DNA from: Cenococcum geophilum
Taxonomy: Eukaryota
Reading direction: 5' to 3'
Length of the DNA: 64,000 bases
NCBI GenBank assembly: GCA_050273025.1
Contig: CP158636.1
Span: 10,168,001 to 10,232,000, forward strand
The first letter of the stretch is position 1. Each line of letters opens with the position of its first letter. The notes beneath the pieces were generated by a model. It was not told the DNA's origin and did no database searches. It saw only the letters and a program-made list of their open reading frames with translations. Shown one piece after another: positions 14,150 through 27,801 of this stretch. The translations under genes and the position numbers were made by a program.

Positions 14150-15413
14150 GCTTATATTAGACGAAATTAACTACCCAACAGGATTTAGTCTAAATGACAT
14201 TATTTCTTAGGGAAATTCGGGCATAGTATGCCTTGACAAATCTTCCTAAACTATTGTTAAATCCCCTTATACCGAGGAAAACACGGACTTTATTATAATT
14301 GAGAAGAAGATTTATAAGCAATTTAGCGAACGTAAAGGATACTAAAAAGTTCTACGTTATTATAAACCTTATAAATTAGGCATCCGCCTTAAATATACCC
14401 CTAATGGTGATCTTTGATCTTTCCTTAAGAAGTATATAAACAACATTAATATTAGGCAACGGCTCTACTAGGCCACTTAACTTATAGAATCTTTAGGTTT
14501 CGCCTATTATATAGGCGTTATTTATAGAGACCTAACGTCTAAAAATGTATTCTTAAATAAGAATCTAAACGCTAAATTAGCGGACTATGCTAGTTCTTCG
14601 TTAGATAGTTCTCCTCTTCTTATTACGGTAATAGCTAGTTATTAATATCCCGGATCGGCCTAATCTATTAAAGGTAATCTCTTCGCATTTAGCTCTATAT
14701 TGTATAAAATTATAACTAAAGTCGTTCCTTACCACACATTATCTAATGCAGATATTTATATTTGGTATTTAAAAGGCGAATTTCCTAAAACTAAGTCTCT
14801 GTAAGCAATTAGAAGTATTATTAGAAAATACTAGTAAGGCTAATATAATGCCTCCGATACCGTTATTTGAGATTTAAAAGGTATATTTACGCTAAATTTT
14901 ATCTTATATAACTAATTTAATAATATAAAGGTATACAGCGGAACGAATTTTCCTTAGCCTATAGAGTTAGAGGTCCAGACTAATGCTAAGGTAAAGGCAG
15001 TAAAGTTAATATACTTTACTAGAACTAAAGTGGAGAGCTAAATTATCGGCAAGGCTGAGGCTAATTACTTAAAGGAAGAGGTAAAGGCAGTAGAGTTAAA
15101 GCGCTTTTTTAAAACTAAAGTAGAAAGTTAGATTGCTAATAAGGCTATAGCTAAGAATTACTTACTTAATTTTAAAGGCGAATAACTTCCTTTTTAAGTA
15201 AAGAAGAATATTCCTTAAGGTAATAAAGGTAAACAACTTCCTTCTTAAGCGAAGAATAGAATTCCTTAAGGTAACGAAGGTACTTTCCTTTATCTCCTCC
15301 AAAATTATAAAGACTCTTTCCGCCGTTTATATTGGTCTCTTAACTTAAGGCTAAGCTTATTATACGTTAGAGGGAGAAATTATAAAAAGACCCATCCTAG
15401 GTCAGCGTACTAA
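14150..15413 (+). pseudogene. Protein kinase pseudogene with repetitive C-terminal tail
   Basis: DIIS*GNSGIVCLD...TIVKSP...EKKIYKQF...GIRLKYTPNGDL...GVIYRDLTSKNVFLNKNLNAKLADYASSSLD...GNLFAFSSILYKIIT covers the Gly loop, VxK, catalytic loop and DFG-like motif. Confidence 0.85.
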
Positions 15414-15471
15414 GCCTAATTAAGGGCCTCTTTTTCGATAAAAAAAGGGGCCCTTAATTAGGCTTAGTACG
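15406..15471. repeat. 66-bp hairpin with perfect 23-bp arms
   Basis: cgtactaagcctaattaagggcc (15406-15428) is the exact reverse complement of ggcccttaattaggcttagtacg (15449-15471). An inner T-run and A-run extend the pairing. Confidence 0.9.
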
Positions 15472-18400
15472 TAAATATATGACTAACTATATAGGTAAAG
15501 CAATAACGCTATCAGAAAGTCGCTTTCTTCCCCATTACAAACCTCACGCTTTCCGCGATCCACGATCCGTTGCACATTAATCAATTAGTTTAGTCTCTAT
15601 ATCCTATTAGGAAGACACAAAAGCTTTTAGCGGATGCTAATATTAAGTCTAATATCCGCGGCGTTCTATAAACGATTTATAAAAAGAAAGAGGTTCCCAC
15701 CAACTCTTATAGTTTATCCTAGCCTATCTTTTAAGTTAATTCTTCCCTAGATTATAATATCCGTAAACAAAGTTCATTATTTAACACTTACGGTAATAAA
15801 ACTTTAACCTTCGCCTATCTTTACTACCCGCAATACTAACAGCGTCCCCACATTTCTTAACACCTAAAGTATAGCTAAAGAGTAAAGTAATATATACCCC
15901 TTGCAGGGACCTTATCCGTAGCATTCCCGCCCTTAATTTAATTTTACCGCCTCTTAAAATAGGCATATTCGGAGGCTGTAAAACGCTATAGGAAAATAGG
16001 GTAACCCTTAACCCTAATTATGCTTAATGTACTAGCGGAATATAGGGTCACTATAGGTAAGGCCGGTGCCGCTTTAGGAGTGATAAGGACCGGTAAATAC
16101 ATCAGTCTTATATATGCATACAGGTTAGCTCTGGGCCTAAGCTTACCGCAATAAGCACCTCTAAACCATTTACTATGCACCAGAGGCATAAAAGGCTGCC
16201 GAAAATCCCGTATTCTCTACCTAAGGCCCTCGCGTTTACAATCCTACCCTTAAAAAATATTGGTGACGGTATAACGAATTGTACTGTTCTATTCCCATTT
16301 AATAATCTTCTTAAGACTAATCTTCGTAGGAAACCGTAATTATTTTACTCCTATTAGCGCAGCTATATTAAGATATCAATATTTAAAGTAGTTTAATGCA
16401 TATTTACCAATCCACTACTATTACACTACTAATAATTTGCAGTAATAGCCCATGCCATATTCTCTAGCCGCCCTCTATATATAAACTTTCGCAAACAAAC
16501 CGCGCAAGGTCACCGTTATACTGTTTATATAATTTATACAAAAAATCGTATTTTACTTAACTCTAGCAACTTCGCCTGTAAGAGGCATTTAGATAGTACT
16601 AAAGATAGTACTAAATACAGCAACAGTTAGAAGGGTGCAACTAAGGATATATATAATATACTCTTAGAGTATTCTAACAATTATCTAAAGGATCTTATAA
16701 AGAAAAAGGAGGATAATAACAAGATTTGGGACAAGGAGGAGAAGGCCAGAAAGGAGGCTATAAAAAAGCAGGCATCTCTCTTACAGCAAGGCGATAAGTT
16801 AGGTTAGTGACTAGAATTTAAACTAATAAAAATAGGTTGCCCCACTAAGATATAAACTATAGTAAGCGACTAATCTAAAGTTAGACTAGTTAGAACGAAT
16901 TAAGCTAAATAGCAATAATTAAATTAGTAGATAATACTGCTCTTAAACGACCCAAAAATGACTTCAGCAGTTAATACCACCAGTAGTGTAACACATTTCT
17001 ATTCCCTATTAAAAGCTTAAAGCTTAAGTAAAGTTTTAAGAGTTACGAAGTTCGTTAAATATATTTATGCCCCTAACCAAAGAGCTATAGAAACCGGCCA
17101 TATTTATATAACCAAAACTATTATAAGCGATTAGTATCTGCCCAGATAGCAAGGCCATACCACTTTAAAAGGTTACTGTACGTACAACTAGGTATAGATC
17201 TAAGAATAGCCCTAAGCTCGAGGCAGAGCTTCTTTTAAAGGCGACCAAAAAAACTATAAAAGAAGGGGATTTTATTCTTAAGAAGCTTAAAACGGGTTAA
17301 AAAGCGCAGAGCGTAAAGAGTCTTATTAAGGAGATTAAAAGAATTACTAAGGATTCTCTAAAGGGTAGAAATAACACCAATATATACTGCTTTAGCCCGG
17401 ATATTGTTTAAGAACTTCAGTTAATAGCAAATATAGATAGTAGGGTTACGGTTAACAAAGACGTGGAGCCTTACTTTAGTGTAATTAAAGCTTTCTCTAG
17501 CCTTCTATAGACCTACATTCTTAATCTCTTATTAGACAAGGAAAGAGATAGTCTTTATATTATCAACTATTTAATTTCTAAAACCAAGTAGTTTCAAGGT
17601 TTAAAGAAAGTATATTTCCTAAAAAAAGATCAGCGTCTATTTACTAGAAATAAAGGCGTATAGGAGAATAGTAGGGCTAAAATAGAGGAAGACAGTGTTA
17701 TAGTTCTAACTATAATAGAGTAACTGCGTAAGAGTTTCGGGAATAAAATTACGGGTTAGCAATAATATTAAGAGTTAATAAACAGTAAATAACTAAGTCC
17801 TCTCTATAGTAGATTAGCTATAGCTCTATTTTACAAGTATAAAATATCACTTAAACTAATAGGATTATAGCAAAGGGTAAGAAAGCCAAGTCGTATATAA
17901 CTCGCCCTAGTTAGCCCACCACGCTCATTATAAATATATGCTAAGCCCGTAATATACAATACAGCGTCGTTTTATTACCGTAGTATTCTAAAGCTACTAC
18001 TATTAGTACAGCAAGGCTTAGATACTAACTTATAGTATCCATTCTAGGTTCTTTATAGATATAACAATACTCCAATACGGACTTAATAGTAATTAGATCT
18101 TACCCCTCCTCTTAAGTGCTTCTCTTTTTTATAAGATTATACATCGCTTAGTTATATATCTAAAAGCCTACCTAATTTATCTTACCACAAGTCTTCCAGC
18201 TTTATAATTCCATTTAATTATATTCCTAAACTGCGATATTTTCTTACATTCTCCTTACTATAATAGTCGAAGATCTCTAGGGTACCAATTTATCTAATAG
18301 GGTTCCCAAGCAGTCCTAGCCTCCTATCCCGCCTATAAAGGTCCCCAATAATAATAATAGTAATACTAAGTATACTATAATAGTGGGGGAAGATCTCTAG

Positions 18401-18473
18401 AAAGAGGTTAGTGGTGTAGAGTATACCATAATAGTGGAAAAAGATCTCTGGAAAGAGATTGGTGGTATAAAGA

Positions 18474-18665
18474 TGTCACGGGACGGGGCAGTGGCTACAA
18501 GACGTATATATTCGAGGAGTCTACAAGATATTACGCGATCGATCGTAAGAGTTGAGGGCGTAAGGAGGTAATATACCTATATGTAGCTGACATAAGCTAT
18601 ACGCGAGGTATATATGAGAGCACGGGGCTCTCCTATAGAGGCCCCTGCGGTAGGGTTCCGTAACA
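18474..18665 (-). repeat. 3' LTR
   Basis: TGTCACGG...CCGTAACA, adjacent to the polypurine tract. Confidence 0.95.
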
Positions 18666-18989
18666 CTACCCCCCCTTCTATAGAGGCGGAGCTCTGGCGA
18701 CGCTATGGTTACTATATATATATAGAAGGGACACTTAGGGTATAGAAAAGAAGAAAGGGGGGTATTGCTAAAGGCTTAAAACAACGTTATATAATAAGGC
18801 TTAGCATCTAAGAATCCAACTAATTAAACAACTTTAACCGCCGGTCGAAGTTCCTAGACATCTCAATAATATTCCAGTCATATAATCGCACTTTACCGTA
18901 ATCTAACGGCAATCTAACGGCAATTTGCCCCTACGTGGTAATATATAACGGTTTAACTCTATAAGGGCTCCTATAGAGGATTAGGTATA

Positions 18990-21900
18990 AAATCTCTACT
19001 TAGGCCCAGTTTCTGTGGGTTCGCGTAGTAAAAGTCACTAATTAGATCCTTTACATTTTTAAAGTCTTTCTATAGTTGCCATTCTGGCTAATCTATGTCG
19101 AATCCTATATATATAGCTCTGTAGTAGAGCCGTCGTCCTCTACCTTTGCTAAAGTATTTAGAGTTAATAATTTATTTAACGGTCCACTCCTCGTAGTTCT
19201 TATCTTCGTTCTTATCTTAGATTAGTACTAGTAGGGGTTCGGGCTATATCTACTCTAGTAAGGGGTTAGGCTAGTAAAGGTATAGTAACTATAGGTAAAA
19301 TATAGGCCATATCCCGCGGGTGGCTAGGGTAGGCGGGAGCTCTAGCTCGTATACAGCTCCCCTATTAATAACTTATTTAATTAGGTAGGGGCAAGGTTCT
19401 TATAATCAAGTGACTTTATAGGCCTCTACGTAGAGATATTACGTATATTTAGCTATACCCAGTCGCTAACACGCATCTCCGGTAGTGGCGTTCTATAACA
19501 GTCGGTGAAGTAGGCCTACTTTGCTTAAGCCCAGGCCATTTCTCCCTTGTAGTAGTTAAGTAGATTTTTTATACGGTCTGCATGCTGGTTAGCAAGTAGT
19601 ATCTTAAGGCGTTTTCTATATAGCAGTTTCTTATCAATAGGTTCTAGTAGTTCTATACCGGATTGGGGGTAATATCCCTTATTCGCGAAGAACGGGGTAA
19701 GTCCTATAGTAGTTAAGACGTGGTTATTCGCTGTAAATTTACCTAGTAGGAGGTAATCTACCTAGTTATCTTAACTATAGGCGACTACCTATCGTAGGTA
19801 CGCTTTTATACTAGCATTAGCGTTTTCTAGTTACCTAGTAGTTTTGTAGTAGAAGAATATAGACATCTTAACGGAGATGCTAAGGCGTTAGCAAATTCGT
19901 CTCTATATATTAGAGCCAAACTATATGCCTTAATCGGACATAATTAAGTCAGGTAACCTATGTAATCGGTAAATTTCACGGAGGAAAGTATTAGTGACGT
20001 CGCTAACGGCTACGCCTTCAGTTGGGACGTAGTGGCGCTCTTTTATAAGTCGGTATATTATTATAAGGATATTCTTATAGGTACGGCCATATCGCTTATA
20101 GGGTAGTAGGTTAATAACGAAATCTATAGCAATATCTGCCTATTATTATATAGGTACTGGTAGAGGGTGCAGTAGTCCTTAGTACTTTATATTAAAGGCC
20201 TTAGCGCGCTTACAACCATAGTAGGCGCCTATAAAGCGTTTAACTAAGTCTATTATTTTAGGCCAGAAGTAGTATCGGCTAAGAAGCTTATAGGTTCCTC
20301 CTCTACCTAGGTAGCCGCTTAATTAAAGGTCGTGGGCTATTTAGATTAGTTACCGTTATAGATTTTCTAAGTTAGGGATAAATAGACGGCCTCTATAATA
20401 GAGCCTATTCTCTTTTACTTCTAAGGCTACTATATTAATCTAGCCTAAGCTTTAAAGTTTAGTTAGTAGCGTACGGGCGCTAACAGTCTTTGCGGCAATA
20501 AGTTAATACAGTAATAGGTTAATAGAGGTGTTATATACCGTAGTAATAAGCTTGTTAATTTTAGGAGGTAATTCTAGTTCTATAGTGTGGAGCTAAGGTA
20601 TAGTTAGCTCTATTATAAGTAGCATACCTAAGGCCAAATTCCGTACTTTTAAGATCGTTTGTTGTTAGAACTAGTTATAGGGGTTATCTTTAGACTAAGG
20701 AAGGTCTTATAAGCGGCGTGTTAGGCTATTAGGCTTAGTACCTTATACTCCTAGCCTATATATAATTTTAAAGTTAAAACTAGAGAGAAACTCGTTCTAG
20801 CGTACTTAGCGTTAGTTTAGCTGTTTTATAGTTATAAAGTACTTAAGGTTGCGATAATCCGTAAGGACTTTAGTTGGCTAGTTAGGTTCTACTAAGAAAA
20901 GTTCCGGTTAGAATTCCTTAAACGCTTATATAATCGCAAGAAGTTCCTTATTATAGATCTTATAGTTATATTCTTATAGTATAAGCTTAGACAAATAGAA
21001 TGTAACTAGGTAGAGGAGACCGTTATTACCTATCTAGAAAAGAACGCCTGCGTTAACGTGGTCTAAGGAGTTAGTCTTAAAATAGAGTTATTGTCCTGGT
21101 ATAAAGTAAGCTAAGATAGGTGCTTTAGTAAAAGCATCTTTAAGGTTTTAGAACGCCTTCTTATATTTAGGCGTCTAGATAAAACGTAAATATATTTTTC
21201 TTCCTTTTGCGGAAAGGCCCTTCGTTCACATTATTGCTATAAGTAGTACTATAACACCTAAGAAGTTATATATAAATTTTTAATAGAAGTTAGCAAAACT
21301 AAGGAAAGCTTATACATCTTTAATACAGTTAGGGGTTTACTATTTGGTAATTATACGTACCTTCTCGGGGTCTATATGGATACCCTTAGTAGTAACAATT
21401 AGTCTAAGGTATTTTACTTCTATAACTAAGAATTCGCACTTCTTTAAATTAATATAAAGTCCTACGTCCCTAAGGCGCTATAGGACCTTTTAAACGTGCT
21501 CGGTATACTTAAAAGGGTTATCGCTATAAATAAGTATATTATCTAGGTACGCAGAGCAGAAGTCATTAAGGTAGTCCTATAAGGCGTTATTAATATAGCT
21601 TTAAAAGCTGCCTAGGCCATTATATACGCTAAAGGGTATAACGGTATATTCGAATTGGCCAAAGCATAATACGAATGCGGTTTTCCATTTATTACCTTCT
21701 CGTATTTAGAGGCGGTTAAAGGCGGCAATAATATCGAGCTTAGTATAGATTTTGGCTTAGCTAAGCCGCTTAAGAGTTTTACGTATAAGCGGTATGGGGT
21801 ATCGGTTCTTAATCGTAATAGCGTTAAGTCCTCTATAGTTAACGCAGAATTAAATACCTCCTCCTAGCTTCTTAGTAAGGAGGATAGGGGCGGCTGCTAG

Positions 21901-22935
21901 GGATATACTAGGGCGAATAAACCCTTTGTTAAGGTGTTCGTCGATATACTTTTTAATAACTAGAAGTTCGTTTTTTAATATTAAGTAAGGTCTCTTATAG
22001 AATAGCGTTTTTCCTTATTTAATATTAATGGTATAGTTATTAGGTTAATATAGGGGGAGTATATCTGCGCTCTTTTATAAGCACATATTAATAAAGTCAT
22101 AGTACCTCTTAGGGAGGAGCTTACGGAGTTCCTTATTAGTAAGTCCTTTTTTAAGCTTTATAAACTTCTTAAAGTCTAAAGGTAAAAGTCCGTAAAGTTC
22201 TATAGGGGCATCGTTTTCTAGGAGGTCGACTATATCTATCCTATTACTATAGAGGACATAATCCTATTCTTTATTAAGCTTATATAGTCGTAATCGGGAG
22301 GCTATAGTAACGGTCCAGCCTTTCCTACGTGCTATGCGGTAGAAGGCCGCGGCACTTACATAGTAGCAGTTAGTTATAGGTAGGGTAATAAGGGGTTCCT
22401 TAGGTTAGTATCCTAGGGAGTAGATAAAGGCGGCTAGGCTATGTCCTAGGTAGGTCTCTCTACAGTATTTAGAGTTAAAGGTTACTTCTCTCTTTTTCCA
22501 GTTAATGGCGGGGTTGTGTTATTTAAGCCAGTTTATTTTAAAAATAATAGGGTAGTTAGTAAGTGGTATAATATAGGCCTAGAGTTCTTCCTGGTGCCCA
22601 TTTATATCTAGGTAGAGTTATGCTATATAGGTAATCTTCTATACGGTACAACTACTGTTAGCAAGTTATAGGGCGCGGGCTTTAGTAAGGGGTAAGGTAG
22701 GTAGGTTATAAGTACGCATAAATTAGGTATCTATAAATTTATTAGTAGCTCCGCAATCAATTATAGAACAGCTTTTATATTATTTTTTGGCAGTAGTTCC
22801 TATTACGGGTAAAACTATCTATTTCCGTCCATTTATTTTTACTAAGTCATCTATTAAGTAGGCCAATATATAGATCCCCTTATCATTAGGGCGTCCTAAC
22901 CTACAACTTAGGGCTAGGACTTAGCGTTTTCCGTT
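18990..22935 (-). pseudogene. pol: Gypsy pol (protease, RT, RNase H, integrase, chromodomain)
   Basis: Protease IDCGATNKFID near 22750; RT FCSAYLDNIL (YLDD before RIP) near 21550; integrase DN*VDYLLLGKFTANNH near 19750; chromodomain EEWTVK*IINSK...RRLYYRAIYIGFD...PEWQ...KDFKNVKDLISDFY near 19030-19190. Confidence 0.93.
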
Positions 22936-24365
22936 TCCGTATCTAACTCTACCGCTATTACTACGTCTTCGTCTTATACGGTAGTAGTATATAGCGACGT
23001 ATTTAGTGTTCAAGGTACTAGGTTAGGTATTAGGCGGTAGCTGCTAAACCTAGCTATTAGGCAGTTTAGGCTATAGCTATAACAGCCTTCTTAACAACAT
23101 CTATAGCAACGCTTTAGCTTCTAGAGTAGCTCGCGTTCTCTATCTAGTAGCTTCTACGGGAAGGTTGGTATAGAAAGGTCGATATTAGGACCAGTAGTAT
23201 TGCTTAGGGTAGTAGGCGTCAGTAGTTTAGTAGGTCCGGAGGGCTTCTATAGGGAGGTCTTTGGGCGGGGGTTTACAGTAGCGATCTAATTTAGTCGTCG
23301 TTTAATCTTCTGTATAGCTGCTACCATATTATAAACATCATTATAGTTGTGGCTAGCGGCTGCGTAACTAAGGCGATAAGTGACTTTTTTAAGGAGATCT
23401 TCCTAGTCTTTAGTATCGTCTCGGGTAAGGGCTCCGGTGTATTCCTAGAATTTAACATAAAACTCATTAAATAATTCGGTAAGGCTTATCTTTAGGGCAC
23501 GTAGTTTAGCTTAGTTAGTGGCCAGTAGGTTATAGTCGCGGTACATTAGGTTAAGATCATTAAGGACTTTTTAGTAGAACTACCACTTCTAGGGGCTATT
23601 GGTCTCCCATTGGGCGAAGAGTCTGTTAAATAGTATACTCTTTATTCGCCTAATAATATAGCCAATTTTAGTATCTTCCGTAGGAAAAAGGTAGGCGCTC
23701 TAAGTTAGTTTCTTATAGATTTACATCTTCCAGTAGCTATATTCTTTACTATCTCCCTAGAAAACTAGGGGATTAGGGTAATATATATTAGACCCTATAA
23801 TAGCAGCTTAGGTTTAATCGTTATAGCTTTTGTCGTCACTTTAGTAGGGGTTCCTATTAGGTAAGGCTGCTCGGCACTAACCCTCCGTTAAATATTAAGT
23901 AGGTAAAGTTACCGGGGGCGTAGAGACTTAAGTAGCGTTATATGCAGTAGAGAGGTGTCTGGCGTTATTATAAATATACTTATTAAGCTAAAATTATAGG
24001 TATTTAATTATACCTTCTCTTTTAGTAACTATAGCAATAAGTGCAATCTTAGCCTTCTTTAACTATTAGATGTCGCGTTTAGACACGCGGAGGTCGTCTT
24101 TAGTTTCTTAACGCGTGTTGTCGGCGAGCGCCTTATAAGCTTATAGGTCTTAGATAATATCGCGATCTTAGGCAGTACGCATCTCGGCTTATATAAGCTT
24201 TAGGTAGTAGTTTTATAAAAGGCGGTAGTATTTATTAGGTTCTTATACTACTATTTTTACAAACGTCTTAGCGTCTTGTATTTTAATTTTAATGGGTAGT
24301 AGCCCTTCTGCTTGCTTATCCGTAGTTATATAGTTAATAAAAGATAAGATATTATTAGTGTCCAT
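22921..24365 (-). pseudogene. gag: Gypsy gag
   Basis: ATG at 24365, a C-terminal Cys knuckle CYRCC*EGCYSYSLNC near 23065-23110, and GGAAAAC just before the stop, a likely -1 frameshift site into pol. Confidence 0.8.
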
Positions 24366-24624
24366 CTCCTTAGGGGTTAAGGCTAGAGCTAATAAATCAA
24401 ATTCTCCTAGGATTAATTGGCGTTGTAGGTTAAGTATAGGTATTAAATTATTCTTTAGGTTTAATATAGTAGCTAATAAGGAATATTGTCTTACTATTAT
24501 AGGTTCCTTAGAAGTATAAAGTAAGGTAACTCATAGGCACGCTACTTTTAGTAGCGCCTATAGTATTACGGAGACGTAGAATTAGTTATAGGCTAGGTGT
24601 CGGTAGTAAAAAGGCGTAACGTAA

Positions 24625-24816
24625 TGTTATGGGACGGGGCAGTGGCTACAAGACGTATGTATTCGAGGAGTCTATAAGACGTTACGCGATCAATCGTAAG
24701 GGTCGAGGGCGTAAGGAGGTGATATACCTACGCGTAGCTAACATAAGCTGTACGCGAGGTGTATGCGAGAGCACGGGGCTCTCCTATGGAGGCCCCTGCG
24801 GTGGGGTTCTGTGACA
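24625..24816 (-). repeat. 5' LTR
   Basis: TGTTATGG...CTGTGACA, colinear without indels with 18474-18665. Confidence 0.95.
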
Positions 24817-27801
24817 AAAGACTAATAATAAACGCGCTTTAGGGTACGGGAGGCTATTTATTAAGACTGCCACTCTTATAAAGCAATACCTTAAACGGGA
24901 AAATGCCCCTAGAAAGGATGATATAGAGGTTCTTATTAAGGAAGTAAGAGAAGCTATTAAACGGCGATAGGTAGAGCTTAGCTTAATAGCCGATAAACTT
25001 AAGATTAATATTAATTCTTAAAATAAATAATTACTAAGTTTAGGAACTTCGGTTAAACCAAGCGCATAATAGTTATAATTATCATAATATAAATATAGAA
25101 ATGGCTATTTATAAGAAAGGATTTCAAGCAGAAAGTCGAAAGAGGAGCTCACTACCTACACATTTCTTAGATGTAATTAGTAGTAATAGGTTCCTCTTAT
25201 AGGTTTAAAGCCTTTAATATATACAAATTACCTAATCACCACTAGCGTTTAGAGGAGAAGTAATAAACAGCATCCCTTGCATTGATTGCGTCCTGAGATA
25301 TATGGCCTATGCGCGTAAACAAGAACATAAACTTCCTCGCGTCAAGTAGTAAGGGGCCGTTCAGTTACAACTTCATATTCAATATAAAGGCTCCATATTT
25401 AACCAAAATAGAGCTCAAATCTAAATATAAGGTAGTCGTTCAGTAAATCTAACGACTTTTAAATATGGAGCTCCTCCATATCGGTAAGCGCGTTAAATTT
25501 GCAAGCTATACCATATATAGTAGTTAAAATAAGGTTCTTAGCACCATTTCAATATATTGCCTTTAAGCTCCCGTTCTATATTCCATATCAATCTAGAATT
25601 CTTATATACGCGACTTCTTATAATATAGCCACTCTATAAACCCTAATCGCGATACTACTATCGCATTTACATACCTTACATAGTATTATTATTCTAACCT
25701 TCATAATCGCAATAAGCTTATTTCTAGGGTGTCGCAGGCGTCGCAGGCATTGCTATAGCTCTACTACGGCTCCTACGGGAGGTAGGCAAAAATATAAAAA
25801 GCGTTAATTACAGAGAGGGCGTTGGCCAAGGAGGAGGCTCCATTACTACACCAAAGTAGGGAGTCGCAATAGAGGCCTAGTGGCAAAAAAAAGCTCACTT
25901 AAATCGCTCGCCAACGTCAATCACGCATTATACAAAGCCAAATCTAAAGCCTCATATAGAAGCTCACCGAACGATTGACTCAATTACAGATTCAAATGTG
26001 CTATAGTAGTAGCCGCCACTAATTACAAAACGGGTAACACTAAAATACGTATAGATTGAATAAATATAATATAGAGCCAATTTGCAACCGAACGTACCCT
26101 AAATAGATAATAACTTTATCTAACTAATTACACCACTAAGATGGTTCGCAATTATATTTCCAATAATATAGATCGACTTAACACTAAAGAATAAAGCTCT
26201 ATATATAATATATATACGAAATTTAATATATTCGCGGCCTCATCTACAAGACTTCAGTATCTAGTAGAACGATTAACCGCCTATATATGCAACTTACCGA
26301 TTAGTGCACATAGAGCACAGCTCTAAGGACAATGCAAGGGATAGAGCCTCTCTCCTCATTCACTCACTCACTTACAATTAATAAATACTATTTACATTCT
26401 CTTCGGCTTCTAGGAAAGTGCATACTGCGAGTCTGGATATAACAACTTATAAACATATTTAACGAAGGACACCACACTAAACTGTTTTAAATTTTCGAAA
26501 TATACTAAGGCCTTTACCAAAGCGTTTTCTGTAACATAGGCAATGGCCACTATATTTAGAGTTATTCCACTTTATAATACAGTTATAGCAGAATAAATAG
26601 CCTATAATAGTTAGACTTTTCTTAAAATCATCTAAATATATATAGGAACTTACCACAAGGGGTAAGAATTTGATAAATAGTATTATTAGCTCTTCTCCAA
26701 TAGATCAAATAGTTAATTCCAAAAATCTTAGGTGCATTCTGCACTCCTTAGTAGAAATGATCCTAGCGAGGGCAGTTAAACTATTTAACTACTATCCCCA
26801 ACTCATCCTTAGCTTCTAGGCTACTACTAAAAATATATTCGCCATAGACAATCTATAATAAATTAGTCAGTCTATTAAAATGGTCATTAGCTCTAAAAAG
26901 TTACTTATATAGTAGCAGCGTTCCAAAACAAACATACGCGCGCTATCGTTCTCCCCTTTACTAAGAATATTTATACAAATAGCGCAATGCTTAGTATCGT
27001 TAGTTAGATTAATAACCTACTACTACTAAATAAATATAGCGCTCGCTAAAGTTGAGTTAGTAAAGAGAGTTTTTTTAATATATTAATCCGATAACTTAAC
27101 ATTAAATACAACATCTACCTATAATTAGAAAATCGAAAATCGAGATAAATATTGGATATTACCTTAAGAGGATGTCTTTCTAGCGGTCTTTATTTTGGTT
27201 TTATATACACGACCTAGAAATTTGCCATTTATAAGTACTTTTCTGTAGGAGTATATCTGGGTGCGTTTACGTCTAACTAACATACTATCCAATTTGAGGG
27301 TAAAGGCCGACGCTATAATGCAAAAAAGTAAGATATATAAGGAAAAAGAATTAAACAAAGTTTATAGTACTAAGGCGATTAAAGGAATATATAAATATAA
27401 CCAGGTTTACCTTTTACTCCTAAAGACGCATATATAAGGGTATATACCTAGTTTAGAATTATCTATTACCTTTATTAAGCTACCGGGTCGTTAAAGAGCC
27501 GTTTAAAAAGCTTACCTAACCTACCTAATTAACCTAATCCATCTAATCCACCTAATTTACCCTTTAGATAATAAGGCGTATAAGATCGCGTTAATAGTTC
27601 CTTAGGGAGTGACAAGTAACCCTGCCCTTGCCACCACAGCTATTTAGAAACTCTTTAAAAGGTAGGAGATAGTTTCTTACTAGGGGCATTTTTTTGCGGG
27701 GTTATTATAGTAGGGATACGGCGCGTTATAAGAGGATTTTATATAGTAACTTATATCCTTTTACTATTACAACAAATCCCCTTACACCTCATCTTATTAA
27801 A

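Larger units (their letters stand above)
18474..24816 (-). mobile_element. Full-length Ty3/Gypsy chromovirus LTR retrotransposon, RIP-inactivated
   Basis: 192-bp TG...CA LTRs at 18474-18665 and 24625-24816, perfect AAAGA TSD (18469-18473 and 24817-24821), polypurine tract at 18666-18677 on the minus strand, and gag-PR-RT-RH-IN-chromodomain order. Confidence 0.97.
17050..25021 (+). pseudogene. Hypothetical protein gene interrupted by the Gypsy element
   Basis: The frame before the insertion (EKDLWKEIGGIK) continues in frame after removing the element plus one TSD copy (TNNKRALGYGRLFIKTATLIKQYLKRENAPRKDDIEVLIKEVREAIKRR). Confidence 0.55.

Noticed and set aside
24629..24814. 61-aa ORF
   Set aside because: It lies entirely within the 5' LTR and is stop-interrupted in the other LTR.
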